DNA from: an uncultured Candidatus Saccharibacteria bacterium | GTDB taxonomy: Bacteria > Patescibacteriota > Saccharimonadia > Saccharimonadales > 2-12-FULL-41-12 | NCBI GenBank assembly: GCA_964648105.1 | Contig: CAZYMH010000005.1 | Location: 36 to 64,035 of the forward strand | Reading direction: 5' to 3' | DNA: 64,000 bases | In this document: positions 19,601 to 28,690 of the stretch, piece after piece | Position numbering within the stretch: the first letter of the stretch is position 1 | Layout of the letters: the number at the start of each line of letters is the position of its first letter | Made by a program: the position numbers and the translations under genes | Notes under the pieces: generated by a model | The model's database searches: none | Told to the model about the DNA's origin: nothing | What the model saw: only the letters and a program-made list of their open reading frames with translations

Positions 19601-19838
19601 TACCTTCGGTTATTCGAATAATTCTTTCCGACATATTATGTGCCGCTTTATTAGTAAATGTCAGACACAAAATATTTCGGGGGTCGGTGTCGGTATTTTC
19701 AAGAATAAATGCCACTCTCGCACTAAGTAGCTGAGTCTTGCCAGTACCAGGCCCTGCGATCACTAAAAGGGGTCCGTCAATTTTTCGGACTGCCCTCTTT
19801 TGCTCATCGTTCAACTCGTCAAAAACTTCTCTAAACAC
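16626..19838 (-). CDS. UvrD/PcrA/AddA-family helicase with a C-terminal PD-(D/E)xK (RecB-type) nuclease domain
   Basis: 1070 aa. Walker A is AGPGTGKTQ, motif II is MIDEFQDTN, and VHKAKGLEFD is present. The C-terminal nuclease motif is LDRIDEYDNEIVVSDYKTGK...QLIFYA. Confidence 0.85.
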   Translation of the reverse strand: MFREVFDELNDEQKRAVRKIDGPLLVIAGPGTGKTQLLSARVAFILENTDTDPRNILCLTFTNKAAHNMSERIIRITEGKASKVNVKTFHSFASEIINAYPDAFWNNAKLTAVPDAVADEIIISLLDEFPLSSSLTSKFAGKYTMLKDLKSALRLAKEAGLTPDKLQAILDANLQYIDMIEPELVNITTPRLAYNKLPKILEQVNNLPDQKIDEYIKPLISLSSVIKSSLTQAIDEDTGTNKTTNVSKWKNKWIKTEAGQKGMHAERRKNLWWLEVADFYRKYRETMHLRGFYDYSDMLVEVLSALENNSSMLADIQERFSYVMIDEFQDTNAAQLRLAHLVADHYSSEGKSNIMVVGDDDQSIFKFNGAELDNLIHFKNYYQPFCEVIVLKNNYRSSQKILDFSQKIIEACEVRVVNTDKSLNKHLIAQKNIKNSHINYFRFDTQLTQYEALARHIKNNYSSKQTTSLIARNNSSLREIATRLLQLKVPISFEQQANSLEHPLVEQVLLLSKIVLCIKNGDLYDLNTYLHQSLLHPMWGMSAHDLWQMALKNYYDPDWLGSLEQSSEKVHQTHANYILELARLIAHENLSVSLEYILGLKNPDGYASVLYDYFVKNSSKDFNQYLSGLSAVHYLRSLAEEFSSQNKPSLEDFVNYVDQQIINEEIVSDESFFVSGKNAVQLLSVHKAKGLEFDNVYIIDTTKTKWSPRSNARSSPANLPLQANGDEDDDYVRLMYVAITRAKQNLYISNYRYDDFGKDVAPTPIIASVIDESIWPDKISPIEILENALKFPRLYPADEKEMLKKRLEDYTLSVTHLLNFLDLTRGGPDYFLQRNILRLPESKSSHLAYGTAAHAALEVAQKLTNLDTFDINKVKNAYKKSLYDQKLSFIETEKYLEHGQNLIDKLFSEGFLELKKGSLPEQNLKPVRLESAILSGQLDRIDEYDNEIVVSDYKTGKPLHSFTTQDKTLASKAWRQRMQLIFYAILLRNNSRIDTKNKQIIGQMIYLDADNPKNLSRTYTPDHNEIEQVTKLVQIVYQKIVNYDLPDTSRYEVSHLGTLEFIDDLLNQQP

Positions 19839-19895
19839 TCTTAGTATTTTAAGCGTTTAGAGAAGTTTTTACAAAGTTAGTCGGTTACTAAAAAG

Positions 19896-20267
19896 TTATC
19901 TTGCTGAATATGCAGGAGTAACTTCTTCGTTCTCTTCTAATTCAAGAGCTTCGATGCCGAAAATGGCTGATGCCTCTAGGAACATAATGGCATCGAGGAT
20001 GTCTAATCTGTTATTAATCAGTGAATTTAGTGAGAAAGCGAAGATTAAAAATGCTAACACACCCAAAAATCTACGATAAGCCAGCGAGCGAGGCGGATTA
20101 GTTAATAGTAAACTTATTAGTACACCTATAAGAGCGAATCTAATTATGTTTAACCCTGAGTTAACTCCGAAAAATTCGGCCATATTTTGATCAATAATAC
20201 CTTTTGTGCCAAATGATAAGATTGCTAGTAATAATATTGATGAGACGATGATTGCTTTTTTTATCAT
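19896..20267 (-). CDS. Small integral membrane protein (about 4 TM), unknown function
   Basis: 123 aa and hydrophobic. GGAG lies 7 nt upstream of the ATG. Confidence 0.6.
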   Translation of the reverse strand: MIKKAIIVSSILLLAILSFGTKGIIDQNMAEFFGVNSGLNIIRFALIGVLISLLLTNPPRSLAYRRFLGVLAFLIFAFSLNSLINNRLDILDAIMFLEASAIFGIEALELEENEEVTPAYSAR

Positions 20268-20274
20268 TATTTTT

Positions 20275-20328
20275 CTCCGTTTTATTAAATTGTGGTTAAT
20301 GAATGATTGTATTTAAATACAAACGGAG
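20275..20328 (-). promoter_or_regulatory. Possible SD-sequestering hairpin in the 5' leader of the 123-aa membrane protein gene
   Basis: The minus-strand RNA has CUCCGUUU (20328-20321) perfectly complementary to AAACGGAG (20282-20275), which contains the SD. The 38-nt loop carries the palindrome TGTATTTAAATACA. Confidence 0.3.
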
Positions 20329-20349
20329 CAATACTTCTGTTGGATAAAA

Positions 20350-20376
20350 CATCTAAAAATTGTTAGCAAGCTAACA
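20350..20376 (-). terminator. Likely rho-independent terminator of the trehalase gene
   Basis: On the minus strand TGTTAGCTTGCTAACA is followed by ATTTTTAGATGTTTT, 36 nt after the stop. Confidence 0.5.
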
Positions 20377-20411
20377 TTTCTTTGATTTTAGCTAGCTTTA
20401 TAGAGTTAAAT

Positions 20412-21656
20412 TTAAACTTTAGCCAGTTCTTGAGGAGATAAAAATTCGTATGCTAATTGCAAAAAGATTGCATTCGTCCAGCCAAAACCAACTTGATGTG
20501 GGTATACACCTTTTTTTGATTTTTCGAGCGGATTAACTACGTTATAACACTCCTTGAATTCGCCGTTAGATAAAAAGTAATCTAAATTAGTCTTGAGCCA
20601 TTTTCGGGCAATCTCCTCAGCCAGATCATTATAGCCGTACTTTTTGAGTCCATCGGTTACCCACCATTGAAGGGGTGACCAACCATTCGGATAAGACCAT
20701 TGTTTGCCAAATAGTCGAGGATCAGTTTCTACTAATGAAGAGGTGGTGGACAACCCTCCCGCAAAATTAAATTTGTCTATGTTTTCAATTAATTTTTGAG
20801 CTTGAGAATGACTAGCTACTTTACAAGATAAAGCATAATAAGCAGCTAAAGAGTAAACTTCTGAGTGATACCCTTCGACAAAATTATAATCAAAGTAAAA
20901 GCCTTTTTCTTCGTTCCATAATACGTCGTTGATATTTTTCTGGCGATAAGCTGCTTTTGCCAGCCAGACATCAGCTTTGTCGGCATCGCCAATGATTTGG
21001 CAATAACGAGCAAAGTCTAGCTCATACTTATGTAATAAACAGTTCAAATCGATCGGAATAAATGACAAACATTTACCGTCGAAGCGAGTTGTCATGTCCC
21101 AGCCGCTTTCGCATTCGGCTAAATCGTCTAAAACATTGACATCATAGTATCGACTTAAATCCTGATATACTTTGCGGTGATTAGGGTGAGAGGTGGCACA
21201 CCAGACATTTTCATATTCTCGCTCGGCGACATTCATTCTTTCCTTCAGCCACGCAGTACTTTTATCGTAAGTCTCAAATATTTCAAATATATAACTTGTT
21301 AAAACTGGTGGTTGTGACCTTGAAGTCATGTAAAATCGGTTAGCGTTTGGAATAATATGGAACTTTTTCATTAGGTATATTAAATTTTCAAGCATTCCTT
21401 CATCGATCTGGGAGTGTCCAGATTGGCGTAAACCTTTGGCCATGAAGTAGCTATCCCAATAATACATTTCCTTGAAGACAAAGCCTTCTGTCGGAATAAC
21501 ACTTGGGACAATATACGGCTGAGGCAAGCCGACTAGTGTGCCATCATCATTTGATTGGTTGAGGGTTAGGTCATACCATTTTAATTCGATGTGAGCTATA
21601 GCTTTAGAAATATCTTGGGTCGAAAATGTTATTTTTTGGTCATTATGCATTATCAA
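20412..21656 (-). CDS. Trehalase (GH37), cytoplasmic type
   Basis: 414 aa. It carries the GH37 signatures FKEMYYWDSYF, SRSQPP, ESGWD, QWSYPNGWSPLQ and GFGWTN. No signal peptide is evident. Confidence 0.9.
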   Translation of the reverse strand: MIMHNDQKITFSTQDISKAIAHIELKWYDLTLNQSNDDGTLVGLPQPYIVPSVIPTEGFVFKEMYYWDSYFMAKGLRQSGHSQIDEGMLENLIYLMKKFHIIPNANRFYMTSRSQPPVLTSYIFEIFETYDKSTAWLKERMNVAEREYENVWCATSHPNHRKVYQDLSRYYDVNVLDDLAECESGWDMTTRFDGKCLSFIPIDLNCLLHKYELDFARYCQIIGDADKADVWLAKAAYRQKNINDVLWNEEKGFYFDYNFVEGYHSEVYSLAAYYALSCKVASHSQAQKLIENIDKFNFAGGLSTTSSLVETDPRLFGKQWSYPNGWSPLQWWVTDGLKKYGYNDLAEEIARKWLKTNLDYFLSNGEFKECYNVVNPLEKSKKGVYPHQVGFGWTNAIFLQLAYEFLSPQELAKV

Positions 21657-21786
21657 ATTCTAACAATTTTACCCCCTGTTTAGTCAACACTATTATTGAT
21701 AATTTTAAGTTATTTCTAAGAATAAGCAGTTATATTAGAGGTAATTCGGATCACCAGCGTAAAAATAATAAATAAAGGAGAATCGA

Positions 21787-21966
21787 ATGAAGAACATTGA
21801 TCATCAAGAAATAAGAAACCAAAGGCGATTTCAGTTGCAACGCCAAGCCATATCGCGTAGCAAATATTCTCGCCAACTAAAAAGTTCTTTGCATCTCGTC
21901 AATAATGTTTCTGCCCAAGAATTTTTTCGAAATTATGATTTTCGATATTTAAGTGTTAATAGTTAA
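21787..21966 (+). CDS. Possible 59-aa basic protein, unknown function
   Basis: ATG lies 6 nt after the SD AAAGGAG. The peptide is MKNIDHQEIRNQRRFQLQRQAISRSKYSRQLK... It falls below the ORF-track cutoff. Confidence 0.4.
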   Translation: MKNIDHQEIRNQRRFQLQRQAISRSKYSRQLKSSLHLVNNVSAQEFFRNYDFRYLSVNS

Positions 21967-21969
21967 CTA

Positions 21970-23238
21970 TTACTCGTATCTCAAGGCCTCGATTGGGTCG
22001 AGCCGACTAGCTTTGAAAGCTGGTATCAATCCTGCAATCAAGGTGATTAGTGACACTAAGCAGACTATTGCAATATCCATCGATGGTGTCAGCTGAAGAA
22101 GTTTGAGACCCTCGATCCCCTTTAGAAAAGTATTATCGGCGATTTTGTTAATTGTTATCTGAGCTATATATGCCAAACCCAAACCCAGCAAACTTCCCCA
22201 CATTCCGAGCAACATTGCTTCTATGCTAAATAAACCAAAAATTGTCTTCTTTTTGGCTCCTAATGCCCTGAAAAGTCCGATCTCACGAGTCCGCTCTAGA
22301 ACGGCCATAAACAAAGTATTAATCACTCCGACAATACTGGCCAAAATTGCAATTCCGCTAAATGCCGCCAAGCCAGTTTGAGCACCAGTTACAATTTTGT
22401 TTAATGTATTATTAATGTCAGCTAAGGTATTGCCACTAAATTTGGCATCTTTTAGATTTTTCTTGAAGGCAGTGTCATTAATATTATTATTTCGCGAGAC
22501 ATACAGGTAATAAATATTTGGTTGGCTAGCAATCGCCTGTTCTTTGGCTATTTTTTCGGCATCATTCTGAGACAATAAAACTTGACTGTCGATAATTGTT
22601 GGTTCGTATACTCCCTTTATTGTTAACTCTTTAGTTTTTTGCTCACCTGTTAAGTTTTTGTATACTAGGCTAACTTTTTTATTAATTGCTTCGCTAGAAG
22701 AGTTAATGCCGTAAGCTTGTAGGTATTTTCTAGAAATGTTAATTGAACCTTGATCGGTTTGTTTAATTTGCTGGCCTGCAACGATTTTGACTGGCACGGC
22801 ATCCAATGTCATTGAACTTGTGAAGACATATTTTTTGTTATTTTTGCCTAGAGTATAGTCAAAACTTGGACTATATGGCGTAATAATCTCTTTTACTCCT
22901 TCAACAGATTTTAGTCTGTCAATGTCAGTTGGCTTCATAAATGAACTCGAAAAATCACCAGAACTGGGGTTTGACGCATTAGGATCGTACTCTTTTGGCT
23001 CGGAATTGCCAAAACTTCCACCAAAATCATTAGCCCCTTGTTTAGTAACTTGGTAGATATTTACATCGCGATAATCTCCCAGTTGCGAGGCGATATAATT
23101 TTTTATACCTTGCCCGAGTGCCATACTGAGGGCTAAAGTGAATGTTCCTATCGAGATCGCTAAAAATGTCAAAAATGTCCTAGTTTTAGATCGACTTAAG
23201 TTGCTGTTGGCTGTTTTGGCGATATCTAAAAATCTCAT
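21970..23238 (-). CDS. ABC transporter permease, MacB/FtsX family
   Basis: 422 aa. One TM is followed by a large extracytoplasmic domain and then a C-terminal FtsX-type 3-TM bundle. It overlaps the ATPase gene by 4 nt. Confidence 0.85.
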   Translation of the reverse strand: MRFLDIAKTANSNLSRSKTRTFLTFLAISIGTFTLALSMALGQGIKNYIASQLGDYRDVNIYQVTKQGANDFGGSFGNSEPKEYDPNASNPSSGDFSSSFMKPTDIDRLKSVEGVKEIITPYSPSFDYTLGKNNKKYVFTSSMTLDAVPVKIVAGQQIKQTDQGSINISRKYLQAYGINSSSEAINKKVSLVYKNLTGEQKTKELTIKGVYEPTIIDSQVLLSQNDAEKIAKEQAIASQPNIYYLYVSRNNNINDTAFKKNLKDAKFSGNTLADINNTLNKIVTGAQTGLAAFSGIAILASIVGVINTLFMAVLERTREIGLFRALGAKKKTIFGLFSIEAMLLGMWGSLLGLGLAYIAQITINKIADNTFLKGIEGLKLLQLTPSMDIAIVCLVSLITLIAGLIPAFKASRLDPIEALRYE

Positions 23239-23921
23239 TTTTTATTCCTTTTTTGGTCGTTAGTATCACTAACTACTCGTCCATCTTTAAGCTCAATTAC
23301 TCGACTACATTTAGCCGCTAAATCTCTATCGTGGGTGACGATTATTAAAGTAGATTTAGTTTTTTTATTTAGTTCGAATAGTAAATTTTCGACAATCATA
23401 CCATTTTCACTATCGAGATTACCTGTTGGCTCATCAGTAATTAGTATGTTCGGATTGTTTGATATTGCCCTAGCAATCGCCACTCTTTGCTTTTGACCAC
23501 CGCTTAGATCGTTGGCTTTGCTTTTTGCTCGATCACTTAAACCAACTTTATCTAAAGCTTCAAGCCCTAATTTATTACGCTTGGATGGTTTCACGCCGAT
23601 AATTTTGAGAGGCAGAACAACATTTTCTAAAACTTTATCTTTTGGCTGGAGGAAAAACTGCTGAAAGACAATACCGACATTTTCACCTCGCCATTTATCA
23701 GTTTTTATCTTGTAGATACTTTGGTTGTCATATAAAACGTCGCCACGAGTTGGTTTGTCGAGTCCGACAATTAAGTGAAGTAAGGTGCTTTTACCCGAAC
23801 CACTTTTGCCGACGATTGCATTGGTTGTACCTTTTTCAAATGTCAAACTTATATTATCTAATGCAGTAAAAGCTGCAGATTTTTTGCCGTATATCCTACT
23901 CAAATTTTTTACTTCTAACAT
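23235..23921 (-). CDS. ABC transporter ATP-binding protein (MacB/LolD-like)
   Basis: Walker A is GKSGSGKST, the signature is LSGGQKQRVAIARA, and Walker B is ILITDEPT. Confidence 0.92.
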   Translation of the reverse strand: MLEVKNLSRIYGKKSAAFTALDNISLTFEKGTTNAIVGKSGSGKSTLLHLIVGLDKPTRGDVLYDNQSIYKIKTDKWRGENVGIVFQQFFLQPKDKVLENVVLPLKIIGVKPSKRNKLGLEALDKVGLSDRAKSKANDLSGGQKQRVAIARAISNNPNILITDEPTGNLDSENGMIVENLLFELNKKTKSTLIIVTHDRDLAAKCSRVIELKDGRVVSDTNDQKRNKK

Positions 23922-23991
23922 TTGCTATTAACCTCCGCTCTATTAGCTATATTATATCTTATTTTAAGCGAGTGATATAAATATTTTTAGT

Positions 23992-24540
23992 TTAGTATTT
24001 TTTGGTAAGTTTCGATAACATAGAGGCAAAGATTAAAAGTAATGCCGCGTAAAAACCTATTTCACCATAAAGTTCAATTTTGTAACCTTCATTAAAATTA
24101 ATTATAAAATATGCCACGGCTACCGATGTATAAACTATCGCTGAAATAATCCCACTGAGCAAAATTACGCCTTTTTTGGCTGTACAAGCGGCGACTAAAA
24201 TTGGTAAACAAAATAACATAACTGCTTTCGAGGCCATGCCTCTGGTTGCATAAACCATATAAGATGCCAAAAATAAATCTGCGAACATCAATAACCAGAC
24301 AATTTTATGCTGGTAATAATTATGATTATTTAGCCTGCTAACATACCAAACGATTGCCGAAACAATCATAAATCCTCCAAATACTAACCACCGTTTCATA
24401 ACGGCTTCGGGTGTAATTAATTTGGCAGCATCAAATGCAATCACTTGAACAATCAATGCTATACCCAAAATAATATGTAAGATAGCAAGTGAATTAATTT
24501 TTAGTTTAGTGGTATTTGTTTTGTCAATCTTTTTGCTCAT
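23992..24540 (-). CDS. Integral membrane protein (5-6 TM), unknown function
   Basis: 182 aa and hydrophobic throughout. Confidence 0.55.
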   Translation of the reverse strand: MSKKIDKTNTTKLKINSLAILHIILGIALIVQVIAFDAAKLITPEAVMKRWLVFGGFMIVSAIVWYVSRLNNHNYYQHKIVWLLMFADLFLASYMVYATRGMASKAVMLFCLPILVAACTAKKGVILLSGIISAIVYTSVAVAYFIINFNEGYKIELYGEIGFYAALLLIFASMLSKLTKKY

Positions 24541-24562
24541 GCTTAATCAAAAGTATAGCATA

Positions 24563-25453
24563 TTAATCTGTTACAGCATCTTTGCCGACCCAGACATATT
24601 CCCAAGATTCTGGCTCAGGCCCCTGTTGTCCTGCTCCTTCAGGATAGCTAGGAATCCAGCCGCCGAGTTTGGCATTTTTGTAATTATCTTTTGATAGCCA
24701 ATCAAAGCACGCACTATTTTCGAACAAGCCACCAGTCTGGTTGTTGCATTTAATATCAATGCTATAACCTGTATGATGACGAGAATACCCCGGAATTGCT
24801 GTCGTGGCTAAAATATTATTAAACTCGCTATCATATTTGCCTGCTAATATTCCATTCTGATTTGATAAAATTTGAGGAGGAACTTTAGACAAAAATATAT
24901 CACGTTGATCTTTGGCATTTCTGAAAGCAGCCGTCAATGTAAGATCAATATTGTCTTTCTGAGCAGAAATTTTTAGATTTTGCCAATCTTCGGCGGCTAA
25001 CCGCTGCAAAAACATATCTGGCTCTTGAACGTTTATAAAATTATTAGCGATTGGTGCATGCCGCCTAATGTATCCTCGGGCTTCGGCGATTTTTTGAATA
25101 TGATTGTCCACCGCTTGATTACCCGTAATAACTGAATCATCAGCGATTAAAACTGTGTTCGGGTAATTAAATGTATTATATAAATCTCTAAATTCTTGAC
25201 CTGTGAAAGTTTTTAGTTGGCCAGTTTTTGGCTTATTATTTATTAAATTTTGGTTTAAGATCTGATCTGTTGTTATCTGCGATTTTGAGGAATTATTTTT
25301 TTTGTACACTTCGAAATAATAATATGCTCCTCCACCTAGTAATATTGTTATAAGCAAGAATAAAACAACGAGATAAATTGGTCTATGAGAATTTTTTTTG
25401 ATAACATTTTGTTGATTATGAACAAAAGTTTTTGATTTAAAGTTTTTTTCCAT
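24563..25453 (-). CDS. D-alanyl-D-alanine carboxypeptidase, VanY/peptidase M15B family, membrane-anchored
   Basis: SRHHTGYSIDI matches the SxHxxGxAxD zinc motif. A C-terminal ESWEYVWVG and an N-terminal TM are present. Confidence 0.8.
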   Translation of the reverse strand: MEKNFKSKTFVHNQQNVIKKNSHRPIYLVVLFLLITILLGGGAYYYFEVYKKNNSSKSQITTDQILNQNLINNKPKTGQLKTFTGQEFRDLYNTFNYPNTVLIADDSVITGNQAVDNHIQKIAEARGYIRRHAPIANNFINVQEPDMFLQRLAAEDWQNLKISAQKDNIDLTLTAAFRNAKDQRDIFLSKVPPQILSNQNGILAGKYDSEFNNILATTAIPGYSRHHTGYSIDIKCNNQTGGLFENSACFDWLSKDNYKNAKLGGWIPSYPEGAGQQGPEPESWEYVWVGKDAVTD

Positions 25454-25545
25454 TTGTGCTTACAATCATTATTGCATTTTTTTAATACGTTAACCATATA
25501 GATTTTGATATAATGATATTAATTAAGCAGTAGTTTGGGATATAT

Positions 25546-27453
25546 ATGGCAAAAGATAAAAATCAAGATAAATTCGACGGTGAGTTAATAATTTCTCATC
25601 ACAATTCATCTGATATTCAACCAAATCAAGAAATTGCCCAAAAACAACCCGATGTGATTAGTGATACCGAGTCGCCTGAAGTAGAACCACTAGCTGATAC
25701 GACCCCAGAGCAAGATCCTGAAAAAGTAGTCGTTAGCCAAAATATAGCAGTAAACGAGCCATTAAATACCCCTCATAATAATTTGTCTTCTGAGTCAATG
25801 TCGAAAGAGGAGTTAGATAAACACCTTGTGCCGAGAGATTTATTCGGGATAGAAAATGATGTCGAGACCGAATTACAAAAAACTAATCAAGGTAGTGAAA
25901 ATAAGCTTTCCGAAAACTCGATATTAGTGCCTGGTGGAATTAACGAAAAACCACTAGATCCCAATAAATTTTTTGGTAGTTTTTATAAAAAACCACATCG
26001 TACCTCTAACCCTTACTCCAATAATCCAGCTAACCAAATGCAAAATTTACCAACAAATCAGAGTGTATTTGGTAATTTGGCTAATTCGATATATACTCCC
26101 AACTTCAATAAGCAAAACAATAACAGTGCCTTATCATCAATTTTTAATAAATTGAATTTCAAAAATAATTTACTTATTATCACGATCGGCTCAATCCTCG
26201 GTGTAGCAACATTGATCTTAGTGATAATCTACGGAATTATAATTCCGTCCAAACCTGAAAATATTTACAAATCAGGACTGAAGAATACCTCAAAATTACT
26301 CGATCAATTGCCAAAAAACGTTCTCAATGAAAAGTTCTTCTCGGCATTCGATAAGCAGCAAATTAACGGAACCTTCGAAAGTACTGCTAGTTCAGACAAA
26401 ATCGATGGCATAATTTCTGGCAAAATAGACGGCAAAAAAGTTATTTTAAAAATGGAAAGCTCTAATAGCGATGGGGCGAGCGGTAAATTAGTAAAAGCCG
26501 AATATGTAATTGACCCGACTGAGCGTTATCCAAATGTGTATTACAAAGCCAACGGTATGGAACGAATTGGTGGCCAAAATTTGGCTCCCATGTCTCAAGA
26601 ATTTAGCAATAAATGGATTTTGGCTGATCAAGCATATTTTAAATCAATGGACGCAAATTTGAGAAACGTTGATAGTAATAATGAATTCGGCAATTTATTC
26701 GACTATTCGACTGCTAATAATATGTTTTATGTTAATAACACAAAAGTTATAATTAATATCCTTCAAAAATATTTCACGACACCTAATAACCCAAATTCGG
26801 TGATTAATTATAGTAAATTTTTAGGCAAAGAAAATTTGAATGGCAAAAAATTATATCATTATCAAATAAAACTATCCAAAAGTAATTTTGGGTCGTCTTG
26901 CAAAGAACTAGTCGATCAAGCAACCAGCCAAGATACTTACCAAAGTAACACTACTAACGTCGAGGATGTTCGCAGTTCGATGAATGCGAAATGCGACGTT
27001 TGGGCCGATGGGATTGATGAGCAACAAGAACATGATTTGTGGATAGCGAAAGGTGGAATAGTCAATAAAATAAAGCTCAATAATAATTTAGGTGGCTATA
27101 AAGAATTGGTGCTTAATGCTGCTGGTAGCAAAGTTGGCATAGGTTATAACTACCAAACAACCAATGATTCATTTATTGAAAATTACAATTATATTCTGGA
27201 TTATAAATCAAAATTGGCTAATTTGAGTTACAGCTACAAAAAGCCAAATCAAACTACCAATATCTTACAGCTAAAACTTAATTTTTCGCCGAGTCAGACT
27301 GGGATAGATAACTTAAATATTCCCAAAGCTGATTTACTCTTAAAAGACATCAAACCTATAAAACCAAGCAGTATTTCGCCTAACATAGCACCTGATGCAA
27401 ATCCGTCTGGGTCTACTCCAAACAAACCAGTTCCTGGTGTTGATATCTTTTAG
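25546..27453 (+). CDS. Large membrane-anchored surface protein, paralogue of 44732-46576
   Basis: 635 aa. A low-complexity N-terminus and a single TM precede a big extracytoplasmic domain. Blocks shared with the paralogue are IPxKPEN, INGxF, YPxVxxKxNG, NKWIxxD, KKxYHY and DLWI. Confidence 0.7.
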   Translation: MAKDKNQDKFDGELIISHHNSSDIQPNQEIAQKQPDVISDTESPEVEPLADTTPEQDPEKVVVSQNIAVNEPLNTPHNNLSSESMSKEELDKHLVPRDLFGIENDVETELQKTNQGSENKLSENSILVPGGINEKPLDPNKFFGSFYKKPHRTSNPYSNNPANQMQNLPTNQSVFGNLANSIYTPNFNKQNNNSALSSIFNKLNFKNNLLIITIGSILGVATLILVIIYGIIIPSKPENIYKSGLKNTSKLLDQLPKNVLNEKFFSAFDKQQINGTFESTASSDKIDGIISGKIDGKKVILKMESSNSDGASGKLVKAEYVIDPTERYPNVYYKANGMERIGGQNLAPMSQEFSNKWILADQAYFKSMDANLRNVDSNNEFGNLFDYSTANNMFYVNNTKVIINILQKYFTTPNNPNSVINYSKFLGKENLNGKKLYHYQIKLSKSNFGSSCKELVDQATSQDTYQSNTTNVEDVRSSMNAKCDVWADGIDEQQEHDLWIAKGGIVNKIKLNNNLGGYKELVLNAAGSKVGIGYNYQTTNDSFIENYNYILDYKSKLANLSYSYKKPNQTTNILQLKLNFSPSQTGIDNLNIPKADLLLKDIKPIKPSSISPNIAPDANPSGSTPNKPVPGVDIF

Positions 27454-27456
27454 ATT

Positions 27457-28146
27457 TTAGATATTTACACCAAAAAGTCGACCAACAAAATAAGTGATAA
27501 TCATAGCAAATACTCCACCGACAATTACTCTCATTGTAGCTTTTCGACGGCTGGCTTGACCCAATGTAGCACTAACGTAGCCAGTGATAATTAATGCAAT
27601 AATAACAGCCACAAAAGCGACAGGCACTCGCCATTTAACAGCTGGTAAAATTATGGCAATAACAGGTATCAAAGCACCAATCGTAAACGATAATGCCGAA
27701 GCGATCGCAGCGTGAGTCGGATTAGTTAAATCATCTTCGGCAATGTTCATTTCGGCATCTAAATGAGCCTTGATCGGGTCATGTTCGGTTAATTCAACCG
27801 CAACTTGATTAGCTGTTTTCTTGCTCAAGCCTTTAGATTGATATATTTCGGCTAGTTCGGCTAGCTCTTTTTCTGGATTTTCTTGTAATAATATTTTTTC
27901 ACGCTCAATTAACGCTCTTTCGGTATCACGCTGGCTGCTAACCGAAACATATTCGCCAGCTGCCATCGATAACGCTCCAGCAACAAGCCCAGCTATTCCA
28001 GCCATTAAAATCGTGTGTTTGTTGGTAGTTGCTCCCGCAATACCAACAACTAGTCCGGCTACCGAAACAATTCCGTCATTGGCTCCTAAGACGGCTGCCC
28101 TAATCCAGTTTAATTTTTGATTTATTGTGTAATTTTTATCAATCAT
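27457..28146 (-). CDS. VIT1/CCC1-family iron/manganese transporter
   Basis: 229 aa with LNWIRAAVLGANDGIVSVAGLVVG and a central acidic loop between two TM bundles. Confidence 0.85.
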   Translation of the reverse strand: MIDKNYTINQKLNWIRAAVLGANDGIVSVAGLVVGIAGATTNKHTILMAGIAGLVAGALSMAAGEYVSVSSQRDTERALIEREKILLQENPEKELAELAEIYQSKGLSKKTANQVAVELTEHDPIKAHLDAEMNIAEDDLTNPTHAAIASALSFTIGALIPVIAIILPAVKWRVPVAFVAVIIALIITGYVSATLGQASRRKATMRVIVGGVFAMIITYFVGRLFGVNI

Positions 28147-28194
28147 AGTAATTTAATTATACGCTTTTAATGCAACTTTAGATAAATTATAAAA

Positions 28195-28560
28195 CTAATT
28201 TGTGTAATTATTATGAAGCATTAAGTCATTGCCGCCTGGGTCGGTGAACATGGCCATTTTACACACACCTGTATCGTATGGATCACCAAAAAATTTTACA
28301 CCTTTTGACTCAAGTTCTTTCTTTGCGGCATCGATATCATCGACATGTAAGGCAATATGTGCATTTTTTTGAGGCGAAAATTTCATGCCCATTTTTTCTG
28401 GCTCCCAGATGCTAAAACAAGTATTATCTACCCAAAATTCGTATTTGGTTTTTTTGTCTTTTTCTAGTCCTAAAACATTTGTATAAAAATCAATTGACCT
28501 ATCCGCGTCGGTTGATGGCACGGCTACAAAATCTATCTTTTTGATAATATTATCACTCAT
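28195..28560 (-). CDS. VOC/glyoxalase-family protein
   Basis: 121 aa with FYTNVLGLE and a HIALHVDDID-type beta-alpha-beta-beta-beta module. Confidence 0.8.
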   Translation of the reverse strand: MSDNIIKKIDFVAVPSTDADRSIDFYTNVLGLEKDKKTKYEFWVDNTCFSIWEPEKMGMKFSPQKNAHIALHVDDIDAAKKELESKGVKFFGDPYDTGVCKMAMFTDPGGNDLMLHNNYTN

Positions 28561-28675
28561 AATTCATTCCCCCATTTAGTATTTTTAGCATAGCATATAA
28601 CTTTTCGTGGTAAAATTTATTTGTTAAATAATCAGGTGGGTCGAATCCGATTCGAACCCCATCGTACATTTTAGT

Positions 28676-28681
28676 TATAAT
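28676..28681 (+). promoter_or_regulatory. -10 box (TATAAT) upstream of tRNA-Gln
   Basis: A perfect TATAAT ends 9 nt before the tRNA 5' end. No convincing -35 was seen. Confidence 0.4.
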
Positions 28682-28690
28682 CAAAGTTAT

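Noticed and set aside
28635-28663. tRNA T-arm-like sequence (GGGTCGAATCC / GATTCGAACCCCA) upstream of tRNA-Gln, considered as a tRNA fragment or att remnant
   Set aside because: No acceptor or anticodon arms flank it. It is really a 15-nt perfect palindrome, TCGAATC-C-GATTCGA (28641-28655), in the divergent promoter region between the VOC gene and the tRNA. It may be an operator, but I cannot support that, and its orientation does not fit a direct att repeat.
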